Positions 12,014-24,723 of a stretch of 64,000 nucleotides of DNA are shown here, one piece after another (the first letter of the stretch is position 1; each line of letters starts with the position of its first letter). Made by a program: the position numbers and the translations under genes. The DNA comes from Lytechinus pictus (taxonomy: Eukaryota), in NCBI RefSeq assembly GCF_037042905.1, contig NC_087263.1:14634001-14698000 (forward strand), written 5' to 3'. The notes below the pieces were generated by a model that saw only the letters and a list, made by a program, of their open reading frames with translations, made no database searches and had not been told where the DNA came from.

Positions 12014-12780
12014 CTATATATAATGGAAAGCAATTTTTTTAGACATGGTTAGTAACTCTGTAACGATTCTGGAGATGTCACTTCAACACGATACGTGCTT
12101 ACCACAGCAGCCAAGCCCCAGGTTAAGTAGGCCCGAGTCTCATTAACAAATAGGATGAGTGTCATGGGTTGGGCTTGCACTGAATCAAATCATGGAAAAC
12201 AAGTTTTAAAGGCAGGTAGCGCCTTGTCCATTACTGAAAATCAGAAACATTGTTTCCGCTATTGTTGTAATCATAACTACAATATTTAGCACTGATTGGC
12301 ATGAGGTTTTCAGGATTTTTAAGCTGATGCTAATACATCAAGATAGCCAAGAAAGTGTTTACGAGACCAGCCAACCCCTAAGTGAAATGGGCTTGAGTCT
12401 TGTTGACAAACAGGAGGATGAGTGTCAGCGGTTGTTCTTGGACTAAATATAATGGAAAACAAACAAGTTTTGAAGGCAGGTAGCGCCTTGTCCATTACTG
12501 AAAATCAAAAACATTGTTTCCGCTATTGTTGTAATCATAACTACAATGTTTAGCACTGATTGGCATGAGGTTTTCAGGATTTTTAAGCTGATGCTAATAC
12601 ATCAAGATAGCCAAGAAAGTGTTTACAAGACCATCCAACCCCCAGGTGAATTGGGCTCGAGTCTTGTTGACAAATAGGAGGACAAGTGTCAGCGGTTGGG
12701 CTTGCACTAAATAAAATGGAAAAACAATAATTTTTTTGAGATGGTTAGTAGCTCTATAAGGATCCTTGAGATGTCAGTAC
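11935..12780. repeat. Tandem duplications of the exon 35 acceptor region
   Basis: Three extra copies of the first ~75 nt of the exon, with AG at 12179, 12442 and 12706. Confidence 0.9.
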
Positions 12781-12787
12781 ATTCCTG

Positions 12788-12941
12788 GGGAGTTTTTCAT
12801 GAAAGGACTTGGATGTTTTATCAGACAAGTCCCATTATATCTGACAGTTACCATAGCAACAGTTCTTCTCAGCCAATTACAATCTAAGAAAGTTATCAGG
12901 TCTGACAGCTTGTGGGACAAATATGATGATGAAATGCTCCC
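12788..12941. mobile_element. Harbinger-type MITE family 4 (also 19718-19834)
   Basis: TIR GGGAGCATTTCAT; CWG flanks. Confidence 0.75.
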
Positions 12942-13042
12942 CAGTTCATAGGACTTCATGAAGACAAGTATTGACTCAAATTCTTGTTTAGTCTAGAATT
13001 GAACCTGAGCTTAATTCCAGAGATTTTAGATTGCTTCCATAC

Positions 13043-13324
13043 CTGTCTGGAACGAGCCAGTGAATGGAGTGCTAGATGTTTCGTCAGCACCGGTGCCAGA
13101 CCATGTTACCACGGTAACAGTGTAAGTTGTATTAGGGAACAGTCCAGAAAGAGTGAGATTGAGTGGTTCCTCTGCTTGCACTTCGGTTCGTCGTGGAAAA
13201 TAGATGGTTGGGGGATCGTAAACAACTTCATAGTAAGAAAGAACACCGTCAGCTGCACCCCATTCCAGGGAGAGGCTGGTGGATGTGCGGGCGGTCGTCG
13301 TCAATCGCGTGATAGAATTCGGAC
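13043..13324 (-). CDS. exon 34, FN3 domain 30 (A)
   Basis: TCCAG / GTATGG, 282 nt; PNSITRL...GLFPNTTY. Confidence 0.92.
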
Positions 13325-14186
13325 CTGGAAACAACCAAGAAAAGTGAGAAGGAATGAGCCACCGTGCAAAAATCAAAATAAATTCTAGAAAAGTCATGAA
13401 ATAAAATGGATCACAAAAGTACAGGTTTAATTTCTGATTATTTTGGCGATTCCAAAATCTTCCGTGGATTAATTATGCACGTTCTTATCACCATTTCCCT
13501 ATCACATTAGGACCTTCCATTGCAGTTCTATCCTATGACAAGAGGCCTTTGACCCTAACTAGAATTAGTTGTCACCACAGCAAGGTAGATCGAGATATTA
13601 ATGGTTATTTACATAATAATGATAATTATATCTAGGGTACTTTTTAAGGTACGAACAAACAAAATATTAAATTTATACACTAAAATGATTCATCAATTAT
13701 AACAATAACAGAAACAATACATAAACCATTAACACTGTAAAATGATCAAATTTGAAAAACGAACATAGTTAAGATCACCAATGCACATGTGTGGCAGTGT
13801 AGTATTATTACTGCTTGGAAAAGACCAAACATCTTGCTAGAACGCCACACTAGTTTTGTCAATTTCTCAGCAATTACATGTTGGCAGAAACAATTTGGCA
13901 CATATCTTTTTATTCATACATATACACACTTTGGTTGTCATTTTAGAAGATTCTATAACGAACTCATTTTTTAATTGTTACGACCAGTGATGGGTATTTT
14001 ATAAAGAAGTACATTAAGTCACAGACAACTTTATGCAAGACTCGAGCGTGTTTTGGGTGCTAGGTCAGCTACATAGGGATACACCGTTTAGCACAAGACA
14101 AGAAACGCTCACCAGTCGTGCACAAAGCTATTCATAACTTACAAACATCTTTATGAAACTGACGTTCACGTTTCAGTCATACTTAC

Positions 14187-14456
14187 GGGTTCTCTGCGTG
14201 ATTTCATCGTTGAGGTCATTTTCCCCATTCTGTATTCTAACAGTGTACAATTCACCGGGAAGCAGGGACTCCAGCGTGAATTCCGCGTACTGGGTCCCCG
14301 GCTCAGTTCTTGTAAAACTGGTGTTGAAGGAACTCGCATCCGCCTGCTTGTAGCTGAGAAAGAATGCCAGTGATTCTAAGCCTGTTGTGAGCCATATGAG
14401 GTTGATTGTGGTGGTTGTTATGTCGCGGACGTCGAGGTCGCCAAGCGGGAGTGAAG
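14187..14456 (-). CDS. exon 33, FN3 domain 29 (B)
   Basis: TCCAG / GTAAGT, 270 nt; SLPLGDLDVRDITTTTINLIW...SLLPGELYTV. Confidence 0.9.
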
Positions 14457-14955
14457 CTGGAAGCGAAAAATTTGAGGGAATTTGTCAATTTGTTTTAGGG
14501 GTGAATTATTTATTTATTTATTTATTCCACTTTTAAAACAAATAACATAATATACATAACATATGTATTTGTAAACATAGTGTATCAATGATCAAATTAA
14601 CTATCTAACATAAGTATTTAACATAAGGTACACTACAAAATGTAAAAAAAAGTGAGGAGCCTAAATAAAAAGCAGAGCTTGTAGAAAATTAGGCTCCCAA
14701 GCGGGAGTGAAGCTGGAAGCGAAAAATTGGAGGGAATTTGTCAATTTGTTTTAGGGGTGAATTATTTATTTATTTATTTATTCCACTTTTAAAACAAATA
14801 ACATAATATACATAACATATGTATTTGTAAACATAGTGTATCAATGATCAAATTAACTATCTAACATTAGTATTTAACATAAGGTACACTACAAAATGTA
14901 AAAAAAAGTGAGGAGCCTAAATAAAAAGCAGAGCTTGTAGAAAATTAGGCTCCCA
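14441..14955. repeat. Near-identical 256-bp tandem duplication spanning the exon 33 acceptor
   Basis: Units start at 14441 and 14697; only about 3 differences. Confidence 0.95.
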
Positions 14956-15496
14956 TTGGGAGAAAATATAAGTTGTTAGTTTGAGCGAAAAAATGTGGAA
15001 ACAGAATACATATTTATTACATAGCTTGTTATACACAAAATACACAAAATACATCAAAAGGCATCAAGTTAACAGTGATACATGTACATGACTATAAACA
15101 GTGATACATAACTATAATACAAATTATGATAGTCATGAAATTTGTAATGATGAAAAACTAACAACATCAACAATGATGATAATAATGATAATGATAATGA
15201 AATAAAAACAATAATGGTAATTGTTAAGTAGCAAGTTCAATTTATAGCAAATAAGGGGGTAGAGCTATGGAAAAGCAAAAAAAAAATGAAAAGAAAAGTT
15301 TGACCCAATTCTGTATTTAAATTAACAGATCAACCATCAAAACAACTACTTTTACAAGAAGGCATTCAAGGAATTTACATTTTCCTCTAGACTGCCTGGC
15401 AGTCGATAGCAATTTCCATAACCGCACATTGGGCCAATCAGAGGACTATAATAACACATACATGAATACTGTGAGGTTTATAATTCCAACTATTAC

Positions 15497-15707
15497 CTGT
15501 CGTGAATTCAACTAGCTGTACTTGATTACTTCTTTGCATGGGAAAGTCACCAGCACTGTCGAGGAGAGATCTAATCTCATAGACGTAAGGTGTATTTGGA
15601 TTAAGTCCCGTAGCTTCAAAGGTCAGAGGAGCGGCGGCAGGAATGGATGCAAGCAATACCTGGTTGCAACAAGAGGGGTTGCCCAGGATTCTTGAAGAAC
15701 CATCATC
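15497..15707 (-). CDS. exon 32, C-half of FN3 domain 28
   Basis: TCTAG / GTAATA, 211 nt, phase 0-1; DDGSSRILGNPSCCNQ...GLNPNTPY. Confidence 0.88.
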
Positions 15708-16532
15708 CTAGAAGAAAAAAACCAAACATTTCTCGATAACACAATGAGACAATGCAAAGAAAAACTGTAATGGGAACATTACCCAATGGGACAATACACA
15801 ATGTATTATATATTTTTATATTTGTATCCATGGATTTATATGTACTATTTACGTATGTTTACACATTTAGTTTAATTCTCTCAGCCCAATTCACTTTTCA
15901 CATTTACTATTTTCTACTTGATATTGTTTAATCTTTTGTGCTATAGATTCGAGCAGAATTTCCAAGTATGTACTTATCGAATATTCACCTTTTTGTTTTT
16001 GCTCAATATCCTAAGGTTACTATATATTCAAATTTATATTGTACGTTGTAACATATATTGCTGTACACTATGTATATAGTTTAATCAAGACTAGTTTTAT
16101 CACCTTTGTTTGTACTAGGCCTATATACATGTCTGTGTGTATGTATATTTTTACTTTGTATTTTTACAAAGGGCCCCAATCAAAACCAGTGTTTCTGCTG
16201 ATTGGGCTACCGTTTTTAAATATGTGTAATTAAATAAATAAATAAATGAATAATAAATACCTATAAACAGTGACATAATTAATTTGGGAAACGTATACAA
16301 AGAGATGGTGCAATGTCTAATACATTGGAAAATAACACAATGTGATAATGGGATGACAAATTTATTGGGAAAATGACACAAAATAAAACACTAGTCAATA
16401 ACACAATGAGACAATGCAAAGTCGACATACAATTGGAAAATGACACAATGAGATATATGTACACTGAGAAAACGACACAATGATACCATGAAACAATGAG
16501 ACATTGATCAAAATGAATATAAACTACATTAC

Positions 16533-16648
16533 CTCGCCGTAAATCTCATAGAAGTTGACGGCATCTGCAGGTTGCCCAGGGCTGAAGCTGAATTCAACGC
16601 CGAATCGACCGGGTTCGACGTCTGTCACATTGCCAGGATTTGGCGGAT
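16533..16648 (-). CDS. exon 31, N-half of FN3 domain 28 (A)
   Basis: CATAG / GTAATG, 116 nt, phase 1-0; PPNPGNVTDVEPGRFGVEFSF...FYEIYGE. Confidence 0.85.
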
Positions 16649-17099
16649 CTATGTCATAGAAATGAGCAGGGTAGCATTTCATGAAGCAAATAGTCAATGA
16701 TTATTATTGCCAACTGTTATAAGCTACTGAATTCCTTGCATCTGATTGGCTGAGGGCATGTTTGTCAAGTGAAAATCACTGGCAAGGTGCTACGTAAAAC
16801 ACTACACAGGGATATTTACATTTACCGTAATAGATTACAGTGTTACAATGAAAACTACATGTAAAATACATTCAAACATTCAAGGAAGGCAAGAAATGCG
16901 ATCTACATGAGCAGAAGGTCTTATCGGTATGTAACGTTTTTATGCAGAAAAGTATTTTTTAAACACATAATAATGGGCCCGTACTCTGAAGTCTAGTTTA
17001 ACTGTCTTGATCTGAATGCTAAAATCAAAGGAAGCCGAACATATATGTTTTACACTGTGAGATTTCAAGTCCGGTTTTGGTGTTGGAAGCACAAATCAG

Positions 17100-17313
17100 G
17101 GGGGTGTTTCACAAATATTTAAGTATGAATAAAAGTTGCACTTAAATGTCTAGTTGCGTGCAGTATAAAAAGCATGACTGCATTGGTCAGATTATGCGAG
17201 GAAGACACGCACTACTGCACATTGATAAATAAGAGTACGCGTTGCACATCTTGTATGCATTGGCATTTTAAGTGCGACCTGATGTCATACTTAAAACTTT
17301 GTGAAACACCCCC
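17100..17313. mobile_element. Harbinger-type MITE family 5, nested in another MITE (host about 17055-17470; uninterrupted host copy at 54793-55012)
   Basis: TIR GGGGGTGTTTCACAAA; CAG/CTG flanks; partial copy near 53530-53640. Confidence 0.82.
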
Positions 17314-17574
17314 CTGAATTGTGCTTCCTAGCTCAAAAACCTATTCACTATTGATCCATATCACGGTATTTGCAGCTCAACATCTAGTAAGTGACTCTTC
17401 AGAACCATCTTCATTTCATATTTGGTGTTATACTTGTGTAAAAGCTGACCAAACACCAACAACCAACGAGAAGAACAAGAAAAGAACAAGGAATTAAAAA
17501 AAAAAAATCCTTTAACTACATGTACTTCACTAGTAAACCACATCAATACAAAATAACATAAAGACTTAGCTTAC

Positions 17575-17820
17575 TTGTCCGGACAGACTGACGATAATTC
17601 TGTGTCATCCTATTGACCTGGATCTCATACACAGTACTCGGCGACAAGCCGGTAAGCTGAATGTTCAGCAGCTCGTCGGGCTGGATAATCGTGTTTGGAC
17701 CATCCACCCCCTCAACCTCGACGTCGTATGCACCGGTCGGGCCGAGGATGGGGGAGAACCATAGATTGATGGTTGTGGCTGTCGTTTCCGCAGCTAGGAT
17801 GGTGTTCGGAGGAAGGGCAA
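17575..17820 (-). CDS. exon 30, FN3 domain 27 (B)
   Basis: AACAG / GTAAGC, 246 nt; TTATTINLWF...GLSPSTVYEI. Confidence 0.9.
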
Positions 17821-18369
17821 CTGTTCAGGATGTAGAAGAGTGAAAAATAACTTTAAAATGCATTTAAGTTAGGGGGTCAGTGTGAACTAAATGCTGCCGT
17901 ACTTTGTCAAAAGGAAGCAAGTGACAAAAGCATAATTTGTTGTAAATGAGCAATGTGTGTTCGTCATTTACATAGGTGTCAGTGCAATTCAACAGCATAT
18001 TTTTTTCAATATCTTTCCACAGAATGATCATTTCTTCCCCAAATTTTGCCTGAACGTGCAACACACAAAGGGTGTTTCAGAACAACAATAACTCAAATTT
18101 GACTGAGGTATCACTTGCTTCCTTTTGCAGAATGTAAATCAGGGCCCCGTCTTACGAAGAGTTATGATTGATCTGATCAATCTCAAGTATATGGAAATCC
18201 ATCAATGTCAGAATTTTTCTCTTGGAAATTCACTCAATGTTCTTTGAAAACAAAGAGAAGCATACTGAATTGTCAAGAAAACAGTGAATGTATGAATATA
18301 TCATTTCTAGAAAATATTTTGAGGCGGGCACTCTACCACCAAGCTGTCATGCCTGGTCGACGGACGGAA

Positions 18370-18576
18370 GCAAACCAGCTTTGGCGGCACTAATTGACAG
18401 TTGTGGGGATAAGGACAAGAATGACTAAAAAAATAAAAAGCCAGCTTTGGCGGCACTAACTGACAGTAGTGGATAATAAGAACAAGAATGATAAAAAAAA
18501 ATGAAAAGCCAGCTTTGGCGGCACTAACTGACAGTAGTGTTGATAAGGACAAGAATGACTAGAAAAAATGAAAAGC
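18370..18576. repeat. ~69-bp minisatellite, 3 units, next to the exon 29 donor
   Basis: CCAGCTTTGGCGGCACTAA x3. Confidence 0.9.
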
Positions 18577-18587
18577 TTGTGACGGAC

Positions 18588-18848
18588 CTGTTACTCCACG
18601 TGCAGGAACAGAGACACTTTCTTCATCCCCGCTGACTGTCACCATACTGAAGTCGTACACCGTATCAGGCTGTAGATTCATCAGTGCGTATGTCCTCAGC
18701 CCCGAATTAACCGTCACGTTCACACTCTCGCCGTTCAGCATGTAGAAGATGACAAAGTTGTCCAGTTGAGTGTCCTCTAGACCCCAGCTGAAGGTTACTG
18801 TCAACGGAGTCTCCTCAACCACTTCCAGGTTATTTGGCGGCAGGGGAA
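18588..18848 (-). CDS. exon 29, FN3 domain 26 (A)
   Basis: TGCAG / weak GTCCGT donor, 261 nt; PLPPNNLEV...NLQPDTVY. Confidence 0.85.
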
Positions 18849-19363
18849 CTGCAAAATAGTCACATGAAAGTCATATACACGTCAACACATTTCTTGAATG
18901 ATTTTCTTTTTAACGTCGATTATCCTATTGTCTTGTTTAATGAATGTAGAGGGCTGCGGCACAAGCATGAACAGTGCTACTTAAATACCATTATCATTAT
19001 TTTCATCATACATGTATCGATGAAATAGATTTCTAGGGATGAAATCGTAACCTGTCAAGCAGTGTGTAATCTTTGTGAATTAGAGATTTTTTTTTTCAAA
19101 AATATCTGACCAATAGGGGGTCAGGGAACAGTAATCACAAATCTACATAAAGAATAAAAACCCTGCCATATTGTTTGGTGTTTGTAAAACTGGGAATATT
19201 AATTTTATTACAATAAAAGGTTTATGAATATTTTCATTGCAGGGATAAAACATGCAAACTGACACTGCTTGGGATGTATCATAGGAGCTGTCAACGACTG
19301 GCAGTCACATGTACATTGGCAGTTACATCTTGACAGAATACAAACAAAATAATGGATTCGTAC

Positions 19364-19621
19364 CTGTCCTCTGTGAGGTACTGTTTTCCATGGGACTGGA
19401 TGATATCACTTTGAGGTTGATGGTATAGAGAACCCCGGGACGTAGGTCAACCAGTCTTCTTCTTCTCTCACTGATGATCTCCTCACTAGATGAGTTGGTC
19501 ATCGGTGAGTAGCTCACCTCCTCGCGGACAAATCCCGGCTCCATCGTGCTGTCTCCCCACAAGAACTCGATGGTGGTGCTTGTGTAGTCCAGGATGACAA
19601 TTTCCCCAGGAAGAGGGGTTA
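19364..19621 (-). CDS. exon 28, FN3 domain 25 (B)
   Basis: TGCAG / GTACGA, 258 nt; PLPGEIV...DLRPGVLY. Confidence 0.9.
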
Positions 19622-20479
19622 CTGCAGTACAGAAAAACAAGAAAACATGCGTATCAGAAGATGCGACACTTTTTGGTCTGCCCCCTCCTACCAGAGCCAT
19701 GCACTGCAAAAGATCTGGGGAGCATTTCATGAAAGGGCTTGTCGGGCGTTTTATCCGACAGATACCAGTCAATTAAAATCAAGGAAGGTTGTCAGATCTG
19801 ACATGTCAGATGAAAATTTTCATGAAACGCTCTCCTGAAGTCTTTTAACCCCAAAGCCAGATCTTGTACCCTCTACTGAACAGGACCTGTGTAGTGACCT
19901 AATTAGAAGAAGAACATGTATTTTGTGACAAGATTCGCAGCCTCTTATTGGTAGGCGATGCAGTCAAGGATACTTCTTCTCTTCCTTCCTTTGCTTTCAA
20001 ATAGAGCAATATAAAACTTTCATTGGAACACTCATCTTTGTCCACTTTCACTTAAGATGGTTTGTTTCTATATTTTGCCCACTATTGGTTCAACAGTGCG
20101 TTTTATTTTCAAAGCAAATTAATTAGAATTAGTTAGGTACATGAACTTTGTCAAAAGCCAGTCACAGTCATGCCCTTTGCATGAGAAGCCAGCAATCAAT
20201 CTTTCATTACAATCCATCATCAAGAGGAATGCAGGAAAGCCGTTAAAAAAAAATACATATTTAGTGGCTTTATAGAGGGATTCATGCCAAAATACGCAGC
20301 AAATTTGAGCATTGATAACGTCAAAATTGTCGAAAGCCTTGACACAGAGTGGCTAGGCGTTTAAAGCTGGAAAATATCATAGTTACAGGATTCACTAATC
20401 TAACCCACGTCATTTGTATAATAGTGTTTCCACTGATCGATGAGCAGGCATAGACCTACAAGATTTGTCACCTTTAATA

Positions 20480-20702
20480 TGTTCATTTATATAGCACATT
20501 TACAATATATCATTGTTTCACAGCACTTTACACAATGATGGAATAGAAAATTATAATAACTAATGCATGTAAAGATTATTGATTAAAAAGCAGAGTTTTG
20601 AGATGTTTCTTAAATACTTCCAAAGAGGGGAAAGTCGCATATATCTTGGAAGGTCATTCCAGAGTCTAGGGGCACACATGTCTGGAAAGCATTGTCCCCA
20701 GC
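20480..20702 (-). mobile_element. L2/CR1-clade LINE 3' end
   Basis: Frameshifted APRLWNDLP...FKKHLKTLLF followed by a TGTAAAGTGC...GCTATATAAAT tail. Confidence 0.7.
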
Positions 20703-20799
20703 TTAATTTTTTCCTCTAATTTCAATTAGGAATCGAGGGAGGAGGATGTCATGGTACAAGGCGGAAGATAAGGACAAGCAACGTAAAGTAATAACCTAC

Positions 20800-21087
20800 C
20801 GGTGTTTCCTTCTGTTACAGATGGCTCACTAACACTCCGAGACGGCCCACTACCGTACGCTGATCTTACATAGATAGTGTATGACGTATCTGGGAAAAGA
20901 CCGTCTATTTCAAACGATACGTCATCGGCGTCGGCTGACCCAGCGAGCATCTCGACATCGACTCCATCCCTGCTGAAGGATATCAGGTAGCTATCAAAAC
21001 TTGTTGAAACAGGGGGTTCTTCAAGACCGATGACGAGGGATACTCGCTCTTCGGAGAGGATACTGACAGGTCCAGGTTGATTTGGGT
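20800..21087 (-). CDS. exon 27, FN3 domain 24 (A)
   Basis: TGCAG / GTAGGT, 288 nt; PNQPGPVSI...GLFPDTSY. Confidence 0.9.
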
Positions 21088-21688
21088 CTGCAAGAGAAGG
21101 GATATATTGTCAACTCTGCTGTAGTGTATCTCACAAAAAAAAAGAAAACCCGTATTTAGAGATAGATAACACAATCATCAAAAATGTCTGATCATTAACT
21201 TAACATTAATAGTAAAAGTGACATCTCTTTTTTTATTTGAGAACAATGAATTAGTAAATTATCCACACGATTACAAACAATTGATTCTGAGACATGTCAG
21301 AAATGATTTGGGCAGAAAATGTGTGGATCTGAATCAATGCTCATTTGAGGGTGAGTTAAAGAAACAAAGAATACAAAATATGCTAAAGGGCCATCCCATT
21401 CTAAAACAAGGTTTTCTCATCGTGAACAAATACTGACCCATTTTCCTGTGCACATTGGTAATAGCACTGAAATGTCCATGTAATATGCCGACATCTGGGC
21501 CCTATTTCATAAATAAGTTGCTAATAGCAACTCTTGCTGGAATGTCAACTTTCATTGGAAGAGCCAATCGGGAAGCAGTTTTCACTGTTGTCATGGTTAT
21601 TGACATTCCAGCAAGAGTTGCTTTTATATGAACTCTTTATGAAATGGGGGCCCCAAGCTCCATAGGTATGAACATGCTTGCTACTCAC

Positions 21689-21970
21689 TTGTAGTTGCGG
21701 TGGCATTGTAAGATGCCTCCACTGATGAACCAGTCTGTGTTTCGAACTGTGTGTGGTGGTTGACAGTCACAGTATACTCGGTACTGGATTGTAAGCCTTC
21801 GAACGTGTAACTCGGCCGATACGAACCAGACACCGTGACCTCATCGCCAATCTGTTCGCCGTTAGATGTCAAAATGAGTGCAAAGGAAGAGGGCTGGCCA
21901 ACTTGGGTCCAGATGAAGGTAATTGAACTATTGGTCTTGGTTAGCACGTAAACTTCTCCAGGTGTGGGGT
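21689..21970 (-). CDS. exon 26, FN3 domain 23 (B)
   Basis: TTCAG / GTGAGT, 282 nt; PTPGEVYV...GLQSSTEY. Confidence 0.92.
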
Positions 21971-22758
21971 CTGAAATGACAAAATGAAATATCTTCCTTT
22001 CTAATGCACCTCAACAAAAAAAACCTATGGCTTGTTACTCACCCGGGTTACAGACTTTTAAAAGCTTTTTCTAATCCAACAGACATTTGATACAGCGCCT
22101 TTTCCTTTCGGTTACAAAGCGCTGCACACGCTCTACTCCATGTTTGGGCAACTAATTCAACGCCTCAGAATAGTCAACTTTAGTCGATGCAATCCATTGT
22201 ACACTTAGCAAATACAGTCTTAAACACTTGAATTTGGTCACCTCTTTGTCTCCGATATTCAAAACTTGGTAGTTTAAGTGCTTGGAGTCTCTCTAGAACA
22301 CTGAACCAATTAACCTCTGGCATGAGTTTACATGTAGTAGCCAGCTGCTATACCTTTTCAAGGCTATCTTCATGGCTGATAAGCTAAGGCCTCCAAACAG
22401 TGTTACGGTATTCCAGAGAAGGACACAGTGTCTTTTCATAAAGAAAGATATTTTATTTGTCTGGATATACATGTAATGTGTCGATTCCATTACCGGTATC
22501 TGGAAATATTCAGTTAATTTATTTCACCATTTACATCTGATTTTAATTGAATATCATTCAGCAAGACAACATGATGAAGGTCCCGCAACAAAATCCTCAA
22601 TTACACAACATTATTTTACCTAAACCAAAACACACCTTTGTATATATACGTGTTTCTTAACTTAAGCAACACTCTGTATCCCCTGGAAGGTGCTACATAA
22701 ATTCGGTTTCTAATTGTTATGACACATATATTGTCAAGTCAGATACAGCTCTTTGCAA

Positions 22759-22993
22759 AGGCCCTGTCACATCGTTCCGCGCAAACTTTGAGTGTGACTT
22801 GGGGTGACTATTTTTTCTACCCGCAGGTCATCTATGTTTATGATATCTTGCACACATTTGCCATCAGGTGAGCGCCAAAGTCATACCATGTCCGATTTGC
22901 CTGCAGAAAAGCTTTCAACATACTCAAAACTTTGTTGCAGGTGATTGGCCGTAACTCACCCAAAAGGCTTGCACAGAATGCTGTGACGGGGCC
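22759..22993. mobile_element. MITE with GGCCCYGTCACA TIRs
   Basis: Terminal inverted repeats visible. Confidence 0.6.
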
Positions 22994-23051
22994 ATACTAC
23001 AACCTTCTTAACCACACACTTACCAAAGCAACCATGGACAAAACAACTTAC

Positions 23052-23345
23052 CGATCGTGTATGTTGCATTGACAGGCTCGCTCTCGAGAAACGTGTTGTT
23101 CTCTAAATTCTGGACCACCGAAGACAGGAAGAATGTGTAAGGAACTGCAGGAATAAGGTTGAAAATCTCACTGCTACCATCTGCCGGGTCAGCAAGCAAG
23201 GCTGCCTCACCGCCATTGCTCGATGGTGCATACACGATCTTGTATCTGTAGATATTGTCAGATGCTTGTGGAGTCGACCAGAAAATTCTGACCGAGGTTT
23301 CCTCTGATCCGGCGGTCGCAACAACAGTTGAGGGTGATGGAGGTA
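23052..23345 (-). CDS. exon 25, FN3 domain 22 (A)
   Basis: TTCAG / GTAAGT, 294 nt; PPSPSTV...NLIPAVPY. Confidence 0.92.
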
Positions 23346-23874
23346 CTGAAAAAAAAACAATGCCAGAAGTTTTTAAAGGGGGAGTGAACTGTGTGCGGTC
23401 TCTCATTGATTGTGTGTTATAAATGCACAGTTTTGAAATATACGTTTTCAGATATCTACTAATACTACAGAGAATAAATTGGCCTACAATATTGTATTTG
23501 TATAGATAACTAAAATGTTTTGAGAAGAAAGGTACGTGTAATTGTTTTGCTACTTGGTAACATAATCATTGTGGTGAAAATGTATTGAGTACTTAATTAG
23601 CATCTTATCATTCAAGTGGGTCTATATTACTAGACTTTACTGGCATTATGGGTCAGGAAACTGGCCAGGTATGAGTAGTTGAGGACTTGTGATGGCGCTA
23701 TTGGTTCGTATCTGCATTAAAAGAAGGACGTATGGCAGAAGGCCCCCTCCCCTTCCAACTTTCTTTCTCAACAAAAAAATTATACTGATTTTCATTTTAA
23801 TTTTATTAAGACTATACCATTAAAGTAAATGTACAACTGAGTGAAGCATGCTAAGCCTGTAGCAAGAGGTTTTT

Positions 23875-24280
23875 TTTTCCACTTCGTCCAACTCCAATTC
23901 GTCCAATTGTCAACTTGTCTTCTATCATTTGGTCTACCATCAGTTCGTCCACTATCCACATGGTCTAATTACCAATTTGTCCACTCACCATTCTGTCTAA
24001 TAATCAGTAGGTCCAATAGCCATTTAGTCCGTATACCATTTGGTCGAATTGGACCGAGTGTTACAGTAATTGTGCAAAAAATGAATGAAAATGAAATGAA
24101 TATTAGACCATCTGGTTATGAGATGAATTGGTCATAGACAAACTGGTGATTAGAAGAAGTGATGATTGAACCAAGTGGTATCGGATTTATGTCAATGGAC
24201 GGAATGGCATTGAGACTAAATAAAAGTAGACCATGCGGTGAGTGGACGAGTTGGCAGTAGACGAATTGGCAATTTACCAC
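23875..24280. mobile_element. Interspersed foldback repeat with ~15-bp internal GGTCTA/TAGACC units (also 54030-54455, partial 25955-26050)
   Basis: Two near-full homologous copies; left and right arms are inverted. Confidence 0.75.
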
Positions 24281-24397
24281 CGGGGGGGGGGGGGGGGTGA
24301 GGAGCTAGTAAAATTGTCAAGAGCAAGAAAAAAGAGGAGTAAAACAGCAAATATAAAACAAATGAATTAATCAATTAGTTATTATAATTTTACTTAC

Positions 24398-24424
24398 AAG
24401 TAGGACCGTCTTCACCAAGAGCAT
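24398..24424 (-). CDS. exon 24, candidate 27-nt symmetric microexon (DALGEDGPT)
   Basis: Long pyrimidine tract plus ATATAG acceptor, consensus GTAAGT donor, phase 1-1, no stop. Confidence 0.72.
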
Positions 24425-24553
24425 CTATATTGAAAACAGGACAAAAAGAGAGAAAACAAGAACATGAAAGCATACAGAAATATATCAATAAAGGTAACAT
24501 TAAACTGGAAACATTGGGCAGTACTCTGGTAGTCAAACCTAGGTTTAACCCAG

Positions 24554-24723
24554 GTGGGTGTTTCATAAAGCTGTTCGTAAGATACGAATGACTTTACGCA
24601 CGACTGGTGATCCTTTCTTGTGCTATTCGATATCCCTGTATAATTCATTTATGACCTAAGAACATGTTCCAATCGTACGTGAAGTTGTGCGTAATTTTGC
24701 GAATAGCTTTATGAAACACCCAC
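24554..24723. mobile_element. Harbinger-type MITE family 6 (related 14000-14160)
   Basis: TIR GTGGGTGTTTCATAAAGCT; CAG/CTG flanks; abuts a family 2 MITE. Confidence 0.82.
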
